A stretch of DNA of 64,000 nucleotides, from the NCBI GenBank assembly GCA_051942205.1, contig JAVECO010000108.1:1-64000 (forward strand), read 5' to 3'. Shown piece by piece: positions 24,521 to 34,529 of the stretch (the stretch's first letter is position 1; the number at the start of each line of letters is the position of its first letter). The DNA comes from Coniocarpon cinnabarinum (lineage: Eukaryota). Under the pieces are notes generated by a model. That model did no database searches. It worked only from the letters and a program-made list of their open reading frames with translations, and had not been told where the DNA came from. Position numbers and translations under genes: made by a program.

Positions 24521-26464
24521 TCACAGCTTATGCTTCACATTCTCCACTCCAATCGAGCTCACAGCCCCCTCCGCAACTTCAATCGGCACATCCACAAATT
24601 TATCTCGTACATAATCTGCGACGCCCTTTCCCAGCGCATCAAGGGTACTCGCACTACTAACACCCCGCCCTAACCATCCGTACACCACAAAATGCACAGC
24701 TCTCACCTTCTTAAACTCCACGCGCTCAATTGCATATTCGTCTTTCCAATCGTCCGCAAGCAATTCCTTAAGTTTAGATCGGGAGAGGAAAGAGCGGAGC
24801 CAGGCGAAGGCGAGGTCAGGGTTTGAGAGTGTGCGGCGGGGATAGACGCCGAGATTGATATTAGCGCCTTTGTCGCCGGAGCGAGCGAGGCAAAGATCCC
24901 CCAACTTTAGAGTAATGGTCTTTGAGCTCGCGAAAGACGTAGGGGCAGGTGTATCATAAGAGGGTCGTTTCTCTAGGGGCTCGTATTTCGACGGGTGCTC
25001 CGCGTCGATATTGTGTCTCGATTCAACGCCATTCTGAGGGATGAGGGTGAACGTTTCGCGCAACTTATCCTGGTCCCATAGCGCAGGATAAAAAGCAAGA
25101 AATGGCCGCGGCAGAGCCGTTCGCATATCCATGCTGCAATGCCATCCCGAATAGTGCTGCATACCATAATCACGCCAGGCTTTGAGCAGGCCAAGCAACG
25201 GTTCTTCTTTGGATGCTTGGGCATAGATGCGGAAGTACGTGGTGCTGGAGCGCTGGGTGCGTGGGTTAGGAGCCGGCACACCGATAGTCTGAAACTCAAG
25301 ACAGTCGAATGCGTTTTCGAGGCCGAACTTTTTGAGGTTGTCGCGGATCTGTAGTTCCTGGAGGCGATGCTTTTCTCGAGTGTCGTAGCCTGTGGCGTTG
25401 AAAAGAAGCTGGCTTTCATAGCCACCTTTGTAGAACACGGCGAGTTTGGTTGTCGGAGGGGGTGGAGCTCCCTTGATGCCGGTAATCCTGACGCGATTAG
25501 GAGCGAGCTGTTGAACGCTGATGTCGGCAATGTATGCTTTGACGTCGGAGTTGAGGTAGATATCACCTTGCAATTCGTAGAGGAACTGGGTCAGTACCGT
25601 GTCTTCGTTGACAATCCCTTTCGTGTTCTCGTGCTTGGTAATGACACAAGTACCGTCGCGATCGATTTCGGCAATGCCATAGGCGATGTCGACGAAGGTT
25701 TCCAGAGGATAGTCTGTGAAGCCAGCAAAATTCGACCCGGTGACATAGCCGGAGCATTCAATCAAATGGCCAGCAACTAATGCTCCAGCGAGCTCGTTAT
25801 ATTCGGTATCTCGCCACCTGTGCCACCACCATGCTGCGCCAATGACAGGGCTTGCGTCTGCCACTCGTCCGCAAATGATGATATCTGCGCCTTGCTCCAG
25901 CCCTCTGATAATACCCCGCGCGCCTAAGTATGCGTGCGCTGCAACCAAAGGCTTATTCTGCGTATCAAGATAGTCGTGTGCATTCTTCGCGAGTTGGATA
26001 CCATGGTCCTCGGGATCCAAGTGTCGCGGCAAGTCGCCACTCTTCTTCAACAAGTCCTTGACCTCTGCGGTCAGGTTGTCGCCCTCAACATAGCCGACCT
26101 TGAGTGACAAGTTCTTTTGGACAGCAAGCTTGTGTGTCTCTTCTGCTAAACCTCTGGGATTGACAGCTCCACCATTGATGATGACTTTTATGTTGCGCTC
26201 TGCAATGGCTTCCAGAGACTGCTGCAGTCCATCCCACGCAGTCGGCTCCCACCCAGGATGCTTTCCAACTGCAAAAGCCTCAGCATTCTCAGCCAAGTTC
26301 ATCTCCGCTAGATAGTCGCCAGTAATGAAGTCGACGTCGCCCTGCATCGCTTGCCGAAGCATCTGGTATCCTGGATCCATAATGGCGCCTGAGCAATTCG
26401 CCACCCGCACATGGCGTGTGCCTCGCTGCGAGCTCCATCGCGTGTTGTGATGCTCCCGTGACAT
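24521..26464 (-). CDS. DUF1446 / AtuA-like (acyclic terpene utilisation) protein
   Basis: VRVANCSG, GDYLAEMNL, GADIIICGRVADASP, AGHLIECSGYVTG, QFLYELQG, ARSGDKG, LGRGVSSASTLDALGK; intronless 647 aa. Confidence 0.9.
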   Translation of the reverse strand: MSREHHNTRWSSQRGTRHVRVANCSGAIMDPGYQMLRQAMQGDVDFITGDYLAEMNLAENAEAFAVGKHPGWEPTAWDGLQQSLEAIAERNIKVIINGGAVNPRGLAEETHKLAVQKNLSLKVGYVEGDNLTAEVKDLLKKSGDLPRHLDPEDHGIQLAKNAHDYLDTQNKPLVAAHAYLGARGIIRGLEQGADIIICGRVADASPVIGAAWWWHRWRDTEYNELAGALVAGHLIECSGYVTGSNFAGFTDYPLETFVDIAYGIAEIDRDGTCVITKHENTKGIVNEDTVLTQFLYELQGDIYLNSDVKAYIADISVQQLAPNRVRITGIKGAPPPPTTKLAVFYKGGYESQLLFNATGYDTREKHRLQELQIRDNLKKFGLENAFDCLEFQTIGVPAPNPRTQRSSTTYFRIYAQASKEEPLLGLLKAWRDYGMQHYSGWHCSMDMRTALPRPFLAFYPALWDQDKLRETFTLIPQNGVESRHNIDAEHPSKYEPLEKRPSYDTPAPTSFASSKTITLKLGDLCLARSGDKGANINLGVYPRRTLSNPDLAFAWLRSFLSRSKLKELLADDWKDEYAIERVEFKKVRAVHFVVYGWLGRGVSSASTLDALGKGVADYVRDKFVDVPIEVAEGAVSSIGVENVKHKL

Positions 26465-27432
26465 TTTCCTAATCTCGATGAATCGTTTGAAATGTAGTTG
26501 GATTTCAAATCGTCTTCAGATGGGCAATATGAGAAAGATGACCTCGCTATCAGAGCTCCGAGGATAAACACACCAGTTCTCCACTACTGCAGGTTCATAG
26601 GCGGGGTCCTCGGTACCAGGTGACACTAATGCTGGGTTTGAGGAAGGACGCATCTAACAACACTGTTGAACGACAAACGCTTGATGTGGGTACAAATATC
26701 GGCCAGGCACTTGCTGCTACTTCTGCATTTTCCGCATTTTTCCGTATGGACGCCTTATCAGAGCTGCGGGCATTGGCTTAGCTGGTGTACTTGAGACCTT
26801 TCCATAAGGTGGTGCACCGCAAGGTGCGCATTCCCGTGTCTCATGGATCCGTGGAAGCTCTTGCATCGTCTCTTGGGGTAGACACGAGGGATTCAATATC
26901 AGCATCATCCAGCTCGTTCGCATCTTTGGCTTGAGCTACGTCAGCCCGAACAAGCGCAGGCTTCGGCCTAGCAATGATCTCCTCTTCAGCATCGAACATC
27001 ACCTCATTAGGTAGATCCATTGGCCGCTGGAGCGCCTCAAGCTCAGAAATTGTCACGGCTGTTCCACGGCGGATTGTAGACGCGGTACCAGATAAGCGCT
27101 TGCTTGGGCGATCCTCAGAAGCTTTCGCAAGGTCTGCACGGGTCTCTTCAACGAGAATACCATCAATGCTGGTGCGTTTCGTCTTATTCGTCTTAGCTCT
27201 GACAGCCGTCAGTATCATTCGCCATGCTGTGACAATACCGCACGGATCTTTGCAATTCATCATGGACTAGAGCATGCGCTAGTTCGTTTGCAAAGGGCGG
27301 GTAAAGCAACACTCTGGGATCAATGGTGAGAAACGCATCTCGAGAACAAAGCACGTTGCGGTGGCCCAACGAGTGCAGTATTCCTTACCCACTCTGAGAG
27401 TTGCTTTGTCCTCTGAATCTAACGAGAATAGT

Positions 27433-28431
27433 TCATTTTGGCCAAGCCTTGCGTCCACGGCGATCCAACGGGTTTCCATCGAGTTCTGCACTCTCTTTCT
27501 GTCGCTGTTTCTCTTCTTCGAGCTCTCGAAGTCTGTGCTTCTCACGTCGTTTCTCCCTCTTTCGCTCTTTCGCTCGCTCCACAAGCTCTCTTTCCCTACC
27601 TTCCGCAGCAGCTTTGGCAGCTCGCTCCCGATCCGCTCTTTCTATCTTCCTCAGTGCAGTCTTGTCAAGGACCCAGGGTCTCGACAGTACCTTCTGCACA
27701 AACTCAGTGTATTCTTCCCAAACACGCATCTCTTCATCTGTCGTGCGGACCAAGAATGCGCGCTCCAACTCAATCTGTCTGGCCTCATTGTAGGTGACGA
27801 TCTTTCCCTTGGCCTTGATGACATCGTAGAGCCTCAATTCTTGGTCGTTTAGAAGAACGTGCTTTTCTCGACAGCCTTTAGTCGAGCAGCTGTTCGTGAC
27901 TGAAATGTTCTCAACGCTCGTTGCGACAACAAATTCCTTTAAGGCGGCCGAGCGAGCTGCCACCTCACGCGTCTCATCGTCATCTTCGCTGGACGGCGTT
28001 CCCTCATCTCGCCTCTCAGCGCTGAGGGAATTTTGTCCGTTCCGCTGTTCAATGCTAGTCGCAGATTTGATAGTCCGCAGTTTGACCTCAATAGTCTGCC
28101 CGCTACTGTCGTCAATATCTAAGATGACGTAGTACGGTATGCTGGCACTGTCATCTGGAATTGGACGAATGCCCACGATAGGTCCACATATGTAAATGAA
28201 ACGTATCGGGTGATTGAGATGAAAGTAGATGCCCTGATCTTTGGTCATGCGTTAGTTGGGGCTTCTCCGTAATTGCTATGCATCATGGGGGCCCATACCT
28301 TGAAATGTGGGCAAGGCGCGAAGGGAATGCACGTCAGCTACACTCAGCTTCACCCACTTGTTGAACGTAGGTGAGAGCGGAAAGCTATACGCGGGATAGA
28401 TCTGAGCGTGCGTCGGAGCCTCAATTGACAT
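27433..28431 (-). CDS. STN1: CST complex subunit Stn1-like OB-fold protein, 2 exons
   Basis: IYPAYSFPLSPTFNKWVKL exon 1, intron ~28240-28298, IYFHLNHPIRFIYICG, LDIDDSSGQTIEV, VIKAKG, QIELER, TTDEEMRVW. Confidence 0.8.
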
Positions 28432-29017
28432 ATCATATTGCTCATGCTCGTCGAGTCCGACTTGGCAGCGTTTGAGATAGAAAAGTCGATGCGAGGACGC
28501 GTCTTGACTCGGGCTCCATAGCAACGCCAAGGCACTAATAGATGTCCTCGATATGGCAAGTGGGTCACCACGAGTGCGTAGGTGAAGGTGGAGATCAAGT
28601 ACAGACAAGATGTACTGCTCAGAACTAAATCTGCTCTCGGGTCATGGATTTACACGCACACTTCGAGAGTTCCAGTGCCGGTTAGAAACCTTTAACGACA
28701 CGTTGAGCAAAGTGCAGCCTCTCGACTAAACATGAATTTTCCCGCAGCACCAAACAAACATGACTCGTAACATCATACAACGGCTTGGACTGCTGTACCC
28801 TGCGCCCGCCTTGCAAATGCCGCAAGGCCCCAGAATCCCAGTTGATCCTGGCATGTTGGAAAGCGGTTTGATATGCGCATCCTTGGCGGTTACGTACCGT
28901 AGCGCAGCTCCTCCGCCCAGATCTAGCTCCTCCCAGCTCCGCTGTAGCTGGGTCTCCCATCTTTCCTCTGTTCCATCGTGATTGTCTGCTGGCCGACACA
29001 CTCGCTTTCGTCCAGCC

Positions 29018-29789
29018 ATGGCTAGACCAGGTCTTTTTACTGTCTGGAGTCTTTCCCAGAGCAGATCGCCGCCCGCCTCGCGATCAATCAGTGTGCTTTT
29101 CTGGTCGTTACTCGCTGTACAAGTCACGGCGCAGCAGACCTATTCCGGCACGTTCTCGGGTGCCTTTCAAGTCGTCGAAGGCGGTTCAGGCACAGCAGCA
29201 GTCCCGGCGCAATGCCCTGGGCACGCGCCCATATCCTGTTCAAGCATCGGAGCCTCCGATTGGTGTTGTCCAAGCGGTAATAGCTGTGGCTGGAATGGCG
29301 GGTCTGTAGGCTGTTGTCCATACGGTCAAAGTTGTACGTATTGCAATACTTGCGGCGCAAAGAAGAGGTTTCTTGGCTCATACAGGGCACTCAGGCAATT
29401 CATACGGCGGAGGATACTCCTCCTACCAACCCACGTCCACCTGGTATCAACAGCCAACCACGACCTGGGCACAGCAGTCATACAATCCTCCAACAGTCAC
29501 AGTGTATGGCGGCGGCGCAGCACAGACAAGCCAGTACCAGCAGTACACGACAACAAACTATGGAGGCGGTGGCTACGCCAGCACGCAGAACGCCTACAAC
29601 GGATACTGCTCGACCCAGTACGCTACAGGTCCTGGACTTCCAACGACTGGTCAAGGTGGTTGCGGAGAGATCTTAATCTTGCCCGCTGGCGCACCGCCAC
29701 GACTGCAGATAAGGCCTGTTGCAACGTTGCTTGCGGGCGCTTTTGCGACGCAAGCTCTAGCTTGGTGGATGCTATTTAGGAGGCCATGA
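29018..29789 (+). CDS. Small Cys-rich, Gly/Tyr/Thr-rich secreted, probably GPI-anchored surface protein
   Basis: Hydrophobic N-region; CP...SC...WCCP...C...VGCCPYGQSC module; intron ~29336-29384; YCSTQYATGPGLPT...GCG; hydrophobic C-tail. Confidence 0.75.
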
Positions 29790-29937
29790 AGAAACAAGAT
29801 ATGGACGGGGTTTTGTACAATACTGACGAGTGATGCTTTCATGCATGTCATGACTATTTATACAGGTATTTCGTGACGTACTCGCACCATAGCATCGCAT
29901 GGAGGCGGGTTGAATTGCATTTCAGACAGCGCTCAAT

Positions 29938-30875
29938 CTACTGGTTTCCCATCTGCGCGTCTTCTTCGTCGGTCTTGGGCACCTTGACCATAAGAGGAAC
30001 ACTGTTGGCGTTGAGCATACGGAGTGCCTGTTCAAGTGAGATGGGTTAGCACAGCACACTTTCAAGTCGTCAATTGAGTTTTCTGTTGTGCTGATGGCAC
30101 GCACCGTCCAAAGCCGGGTGTCCCAGACAAAGCTGAAGGCCCAGAACAGGATGTTGCCATACAGCTCAACGAACGACCAGGGCCTGAAAAGACTCACGTT
30201 TTTGAGACCACTCTCCTTGATCTCGCCATCCCACTGATCTTCTAGCCTGGTGATCAGGTTGTCTTTCGTCTCGATCTCTATCCGACTCTGGATGATCTTC
30301 TCGGTGTTGGTTCCCTTGACCACGTAGCGAGTCTTGAGGTCAAGCTTGATCGGGTTGCCATTGTCTTTGACCTCGTGATCCAGTTGCTCAATCTCAGAGA
30401 AAGCAGTCGCGAGACCGTACTAAATGCCACTTGTGAGCGTAATGTCACTTTGTTCAGAGCAAACCATATGTACCCATTGAGGCGCAAATTTGTCGTATCC
30501 CTTTGCTGTAGTCAAAGGATCTTTGAATGTCGCCGTCTGATCCCACAGACGAAGCTTCGGCAGCGAAGGCTTGCCCTTGAATAAGTCTAGAACGCTGCCA
30601 ATTATGACTCGCTGCTGTTCATTCAATTGCAGCCCCGTCTCGGTCTTGATGTCGGTGCTTTCAATCTTCAAATTCTTCGGCAACGTGAGGCTCTGAGCAG
30701 ACTGGGGAGTCTGGGGGGTATGTGGAGCTTGAGCAGACTGAGGGCTCTGCTGAGCTTGGGCAGTCTGATCGGCGGACATGGCTCGAACTGCTACTTGAAA
30801 ACGAGGTTGTGTTGGGATGAGTCGTGGAAGAGGGCGTCTTGTTAAGATATTTCTAAAAAGTCTAGTAGTCTGCAT
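29938..30875 (-). CDS. NTF2/SnoaL-like conserved fungal protein, 3 exons, alternative starts and donors
   Basis: IIGSVLDLFKGKPSLPKLRLW, ATFKDPLTTAKG, PQW|YGL, ITRLEDQWDG, last exon ALRMLNANSVPLMVKVPK. Confidence 0.78.
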
Positions 30876-31056
30876 TCGTTGAGAAGTCGTGAGCGGCGAT
30901 GGTAAAAGGGAAGCTAGATATGTAGCGGCAGGCTCAAAGCGCAGACACCGAGCGTGCTGGAGATCGGATGTGACGTCAATCATCGTGAGCTTGGCGAGGC
31001 CCGGAAGGCACAAGGAAACGACGGGACAAAAATTGTTTGACGACTTAGCAGGTTGT

Positions 31057-31593
31057 TCAGCCCTTAAGCTGTGGTGTCTCTTCTTTCTCATGTCCAGCAG
31101 TTGCAACTTCGAGGGTGCGCTGCTCGAACCCCGACACATGGGTTACTTCTATGCCCGCAGCTTCTAGCTTTGCTTTACCTTCATTCTTCTGAACGAATGT
31201 ATCAGGCTCCTTCACGCCCGTGTATACTTTGCGGATTCCGCCATTATGATTGACTTCTCTCGTTCTTATAATGCGATCTATGCACGGCAAGTTGCCGCTG
31301 AGTCTCTCAATGCAGGGCTCCATGCTTGTGTAAATCACCGTACTCAGGTCTCCCATCAGAGCTTCACCAACTCTTTCTTCAGGAATACCGTGTTGCTCCG
31401 CATATTTACTGAGAGCGCATTGCTCAGCGTGCGTGTTTCCGGGTAGTTCGAGCGTGTAGCCGGTGGACAGGATGGTATTTGTGGCTTCCGCAACGAGTAC
31501 GGCTCCCACCCGATAATTGCTAGGCTTGGGCGGTGATTTGGAGGCTAGCTCAAGGCAAAGGTTCATGTAGTCATCGTGAGAGTTGGGGATCAT
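31057..31593 (-). CDS. Cytidine-deaminase-fold protein, riboflavin-pathway DRAP deaminase (Rib2 deaminase-domain-like)
   Basis: YRVGAVLV, TGYTLELPGNTHAEQCAL (HxE), SMEPC...RLSGNLPC (PCx8C), GVKEPDTFV. Confidence 0.85.
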   Translation of the reverse strand: MIPNSHDDYMNLCLELASKSPPKPSNYRVGAVLVAEATNTILSTGYTLELPGNTHAEQCALSKYAEQHGIPEERVGEALMGDLSTVIYTSMEPCIERLSGNLPCIDRIIRTREVNHNGGIRKVYTGVKEPDTFVQKNEGKAKLEAAGIEVTHVSGFEQRTLEVATAGHEKEETPQLKG

Positions 31594-31723
31594 GTCTTTA
31601 GAGGTGTATTAGGCTTACTTCCACACGTGGGCCGTCATTATCTTCAGATCCAAGGTGAATCTCAGTCTCAAGATGCGCTGCGGAGTTACCATCATAACTC
31701 CGTCCGCCTTAGGTGATGCTTGG

Positions 31724-31740
31724 ACGCGTTCGAGACGCGT
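31724..31740 (+). promoter_or_regulatory. Tandem MluI cell-cycle boxes (ACGCGT x2)
   Basis: ACGCGT at 31724-31729 and 31735-31740 in the divergent promoter of the deaminase and J-protein genes. Confidence 0.5.
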
Positions 31741-31907
31741 AAAGTACCTAATGTTTGCGCATGTTTAGATGTCAACTTGCTCCCTCACTTTGTTGCTGCC
31801 TCACTCAACTCCAACGTTCACGGCTCCAGCTCCGAACGTCGATTATTTAATCTCGTCATCATACCTTCCTCGTAATCCATGCACTGATCATTCAGACTAC
31901 GAACATC

Positions 31908-32816
31908 ATGGCTCCTCCTCAAAAGTCCAAGTTCGTCGAAGACTTCAGCGACTCCGAATCCGAAAGCGAATCTCAAGAAACCTCAGAAGCACCACCCACG
32001 TCCATCGACCCCTATGAGGTGCTCAACGTGTCCTCCGACGCCTCTCAAGATGACATCAAGCATTCCTACCGCAAACTTGCACTCCTTCACCACCCGGACA
32101 AAGTATCAGACGCCGACAAAACCACCGCCAAAGAAGCATTCCAACGCATTGCTTTCGCCTATGCCATCCTCTCAGATCCGCAACGTCGCTCGCGCTACGA
32201 TGCAACGGGCTCAACTTCTGATTCCATTCTCGACGACGAAGGTGACGGCTTCGATTGGCTTTCATTCTACCGTTCGCAATTTGAGAATGTAATCACAGAA
32301 GAGCGCATCGATGCCTTCAAATCCGAATACAAAGGCGGCAATGACGAGCGCGCCGATATCATCAAAGCGTACAAAAAGGGCAAAGGCAACATGGACAAGG
32401 TCTACGAATCAGTCATGCTGAGCAATGTCCTCGACGACGACGAGCGCTTCCGGTCCATCATCGACGAAGCGATTGAGAACAAAGAGGTAGAAGCCTTCGA
32501 CAAGTACACAAAAGAGACAGAGAAGAGCAAGGCGGCGCGGGTTCGACACGCCAAGGGCGAAGAGAAAGAAGCAAAAGAAGAGAAGCAGCGGCTTGACAAG
32601 GAGCGAAAACAAAAAGGCAAGGGGAAGAAGTACCCCGACGAAGGCCTCGGCGATCTGGCGGCGATGATTCAAAGTAATCAGCAGAAGCGAGGTGGCTTCA
32701 TGGCGCAGTTGGAGGCGAAGTATGGTGGGTCCAAGAGAAAGAGGGGCGCGACGGATGAGCCGTCTGAGGAGTCCTTTGCGGTGAATCGGGCAAAGGGGAA
32801 GAAGGCGAAGGCTTGA
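31908..32816 (+). CDS. J-domain protein, DNAJC9-like
   Basis: DPYEVLNV, YRKLALLHHPDK, AYAILSD...RYDATG, then YKGGNDERADIIKAY, DDDERF and a basic/acidic C-tail. Confidence 0.88.
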   Translation: MAPPQKSKFVEDFSDSESESESQETSEAPPTSIDPYEVLNVSSDASQDDIKHSYRKLALLHHPDKVSDADKTTAKEAFQRIAFAYAILSDPQRRSRYDATGSTSDSILDDEGDGFDWLSFYRSQFENVITEERIDAFKSEYKGGNDERADIIKAYKKGKGNMDKVYESVMLSNVLDDDERFRSIIDEAIENKEVEAFDKYTKETEKSKAARVRHAKGEEKEAKEEKQRLDKERKQKGKGKKYPDEGLGDLAAMIQSNQQKRGGFMAQLEAKYGGSKRKRGATDEPSEESFAVNRAKGKKAKA

Positions 32817-33750
32817 AGGGCTGCGCTGGTCTTGGACGTCTCTAGTACGATTGCATAGCGTGGCGCTCGGATGGGAGATTTGCTCTGCAGTTGAGTGCTA
32901 GAGCTGAGCATCTTGAATGATGCCCTTTTACGATGAATGAGATTTCACCTTGGTGATGACTCTTAGGGAATGAGGCCTTCCGTCCAGTTGATCGGTAAGT
33001 TGGCTATGAGTTCAGTTCCAGTGTATTTCGAGCAGAGCAAAAGAGCAGCTCGCCCTCTCCGTACCATTCAAACCTTCATCTGTCCGTCTTCCCGCTGTGT
33101 CATTCCTGATTGACAAATCAAGCCCTTGGAAAAGACAGGTGCGGTGTCCTCTCTCATCGTTCGCAAAGCCTCCAGCGGATACTAGGCAAACACGGAGGTA
33201 GGTGTCCATAGCCTCAGTGACGTGGCGCGCGTTCTGAGCTCGTAGATAAAATAAGCCATCCGCTCGTGATGGAGCACGCCAATCGCTCACTGGTCCACGC
33301 CTCGTTTCCTCGTCCGTGCTGGAGGCAGTCGGATGACATCGAGATGAACAAGAAGGCGAGTGTTCGTCCTTGTTCCAGCCATTTTTCTCGAGTCCATCCT
33401 GGCGCGAGGAGGCCCGACTTCGCCAGCAGTGAATGCGGCACACGGACTCGTGGTCCAAGTGTTGGTCTGGCTGGTGAGCTCAAGGTTTATTGCAATACGT
33501 CCTTTGAGCTGTATTGTTTGCCAAACATGTAGGCGAAAGGCGCCTCATCCGCTCAAATGTTTGCGCACGGCGGGAAGAGTAGAGCGCTGTACAAAGCCAT
33601 GTGTCAACGACGTGTCTGTTTCATCACCTTTCACACAAGTCAAGTCTGTCAGCCTCTCCAAAAATAAAAAGACGAGATGTTGCTTCGAAAGTTGCCAGCA
33701 GCCCTCTCGTCCTTTCCAAGCCATCTATTGATTATCCATGTATCTTCATC

Positions 33751-34077
33751 ATGCAGCCAGCAGTCATCGCCGCAATCATCAGTCTCATCGCTTTCTTCGT
33801 CATCGTCGCCATTGCCATCTGTACCGTCCAATTACTCGATCTCAATAAGGAAATCCAGAGGATGCCTCCAAACGAGGAACCGCGAGGCCGGCGACAGCGA
33901 CGGATTCAGGAAATACCAAGGCCACGACGGCCTCCGCCTGTATATCGAGATCCGCGACGAGGTCGAAGGTTGGAGATGCGCAGAGGTGAAATGCATAACC
34001 TGTCGCCTCGAGGTCAGGGAGCAAGGAATCGAGGTGTGCCGCCTCGGGGTTTTCGGTGGGTAGCTCCTCATGTCTGA
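33751..34077 (+). CDS. Hypothetical 108-aa single-pass membrane protein with Arg/Pro-rich tail
   Basis: ATG in ATCATG context; long hydrophobic N-terminal stretch followed by a basic tail; no family recognised. Confidence 0.5.
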   Translation: MQPAVIAAIISLIAFFVIVAIAICTVQLLDLNKEIQRMPPNEEPRGRRQRRIQEIPRPRRPPPVYRDPRRGRRLEMRRGEMHNLSPRGQGARNRGVPPRGFRWVAPHV

Positions 34078-34529
34078 GGTTTGGGTATCCAGCGCAGTAC
34101 GATCATCTGACCGAAGGAACGAGAGTTGATGTCGCAGCCTCGAAGGAGGGAACGAGTCTCAGAGCTTGACTCGAACAAAATGGCCAAACAAAGAGGGAAC
34201 TGGAAATGGCAACGGAGGGATATTGACTTTTGCATGTCTTGCGTGTTGGTCTTCAAAACCAAGGCGCTGGTATTCTGCCTCAAAATATGGTCTCTCTTGA
34301 TGGGATTAATGTGTGGTATGCGAGCTGGTCTTGAAGAACTCTGTTTTGGGTCAGTTGAGACAGCGATAATGTCGAGCAGTGCAATCGTGTGCTGCCTGCG
34401 ATCCACAGTCTACTGATTCTGACCAGTTTCACCAGCAATTCCACAAAAATTCCCTACGTCATGGTACTTGATTTGGCGTCATGTTCTGCGTGTTTCCAGT
34501 ATGGATCTTCCACATCTGGTCAGGCTAGT

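Noticed and set aside
33012..33532. Short ORFs downstream of the J-protein gene
   Set aside because: No consistent frame, start context or family motif.
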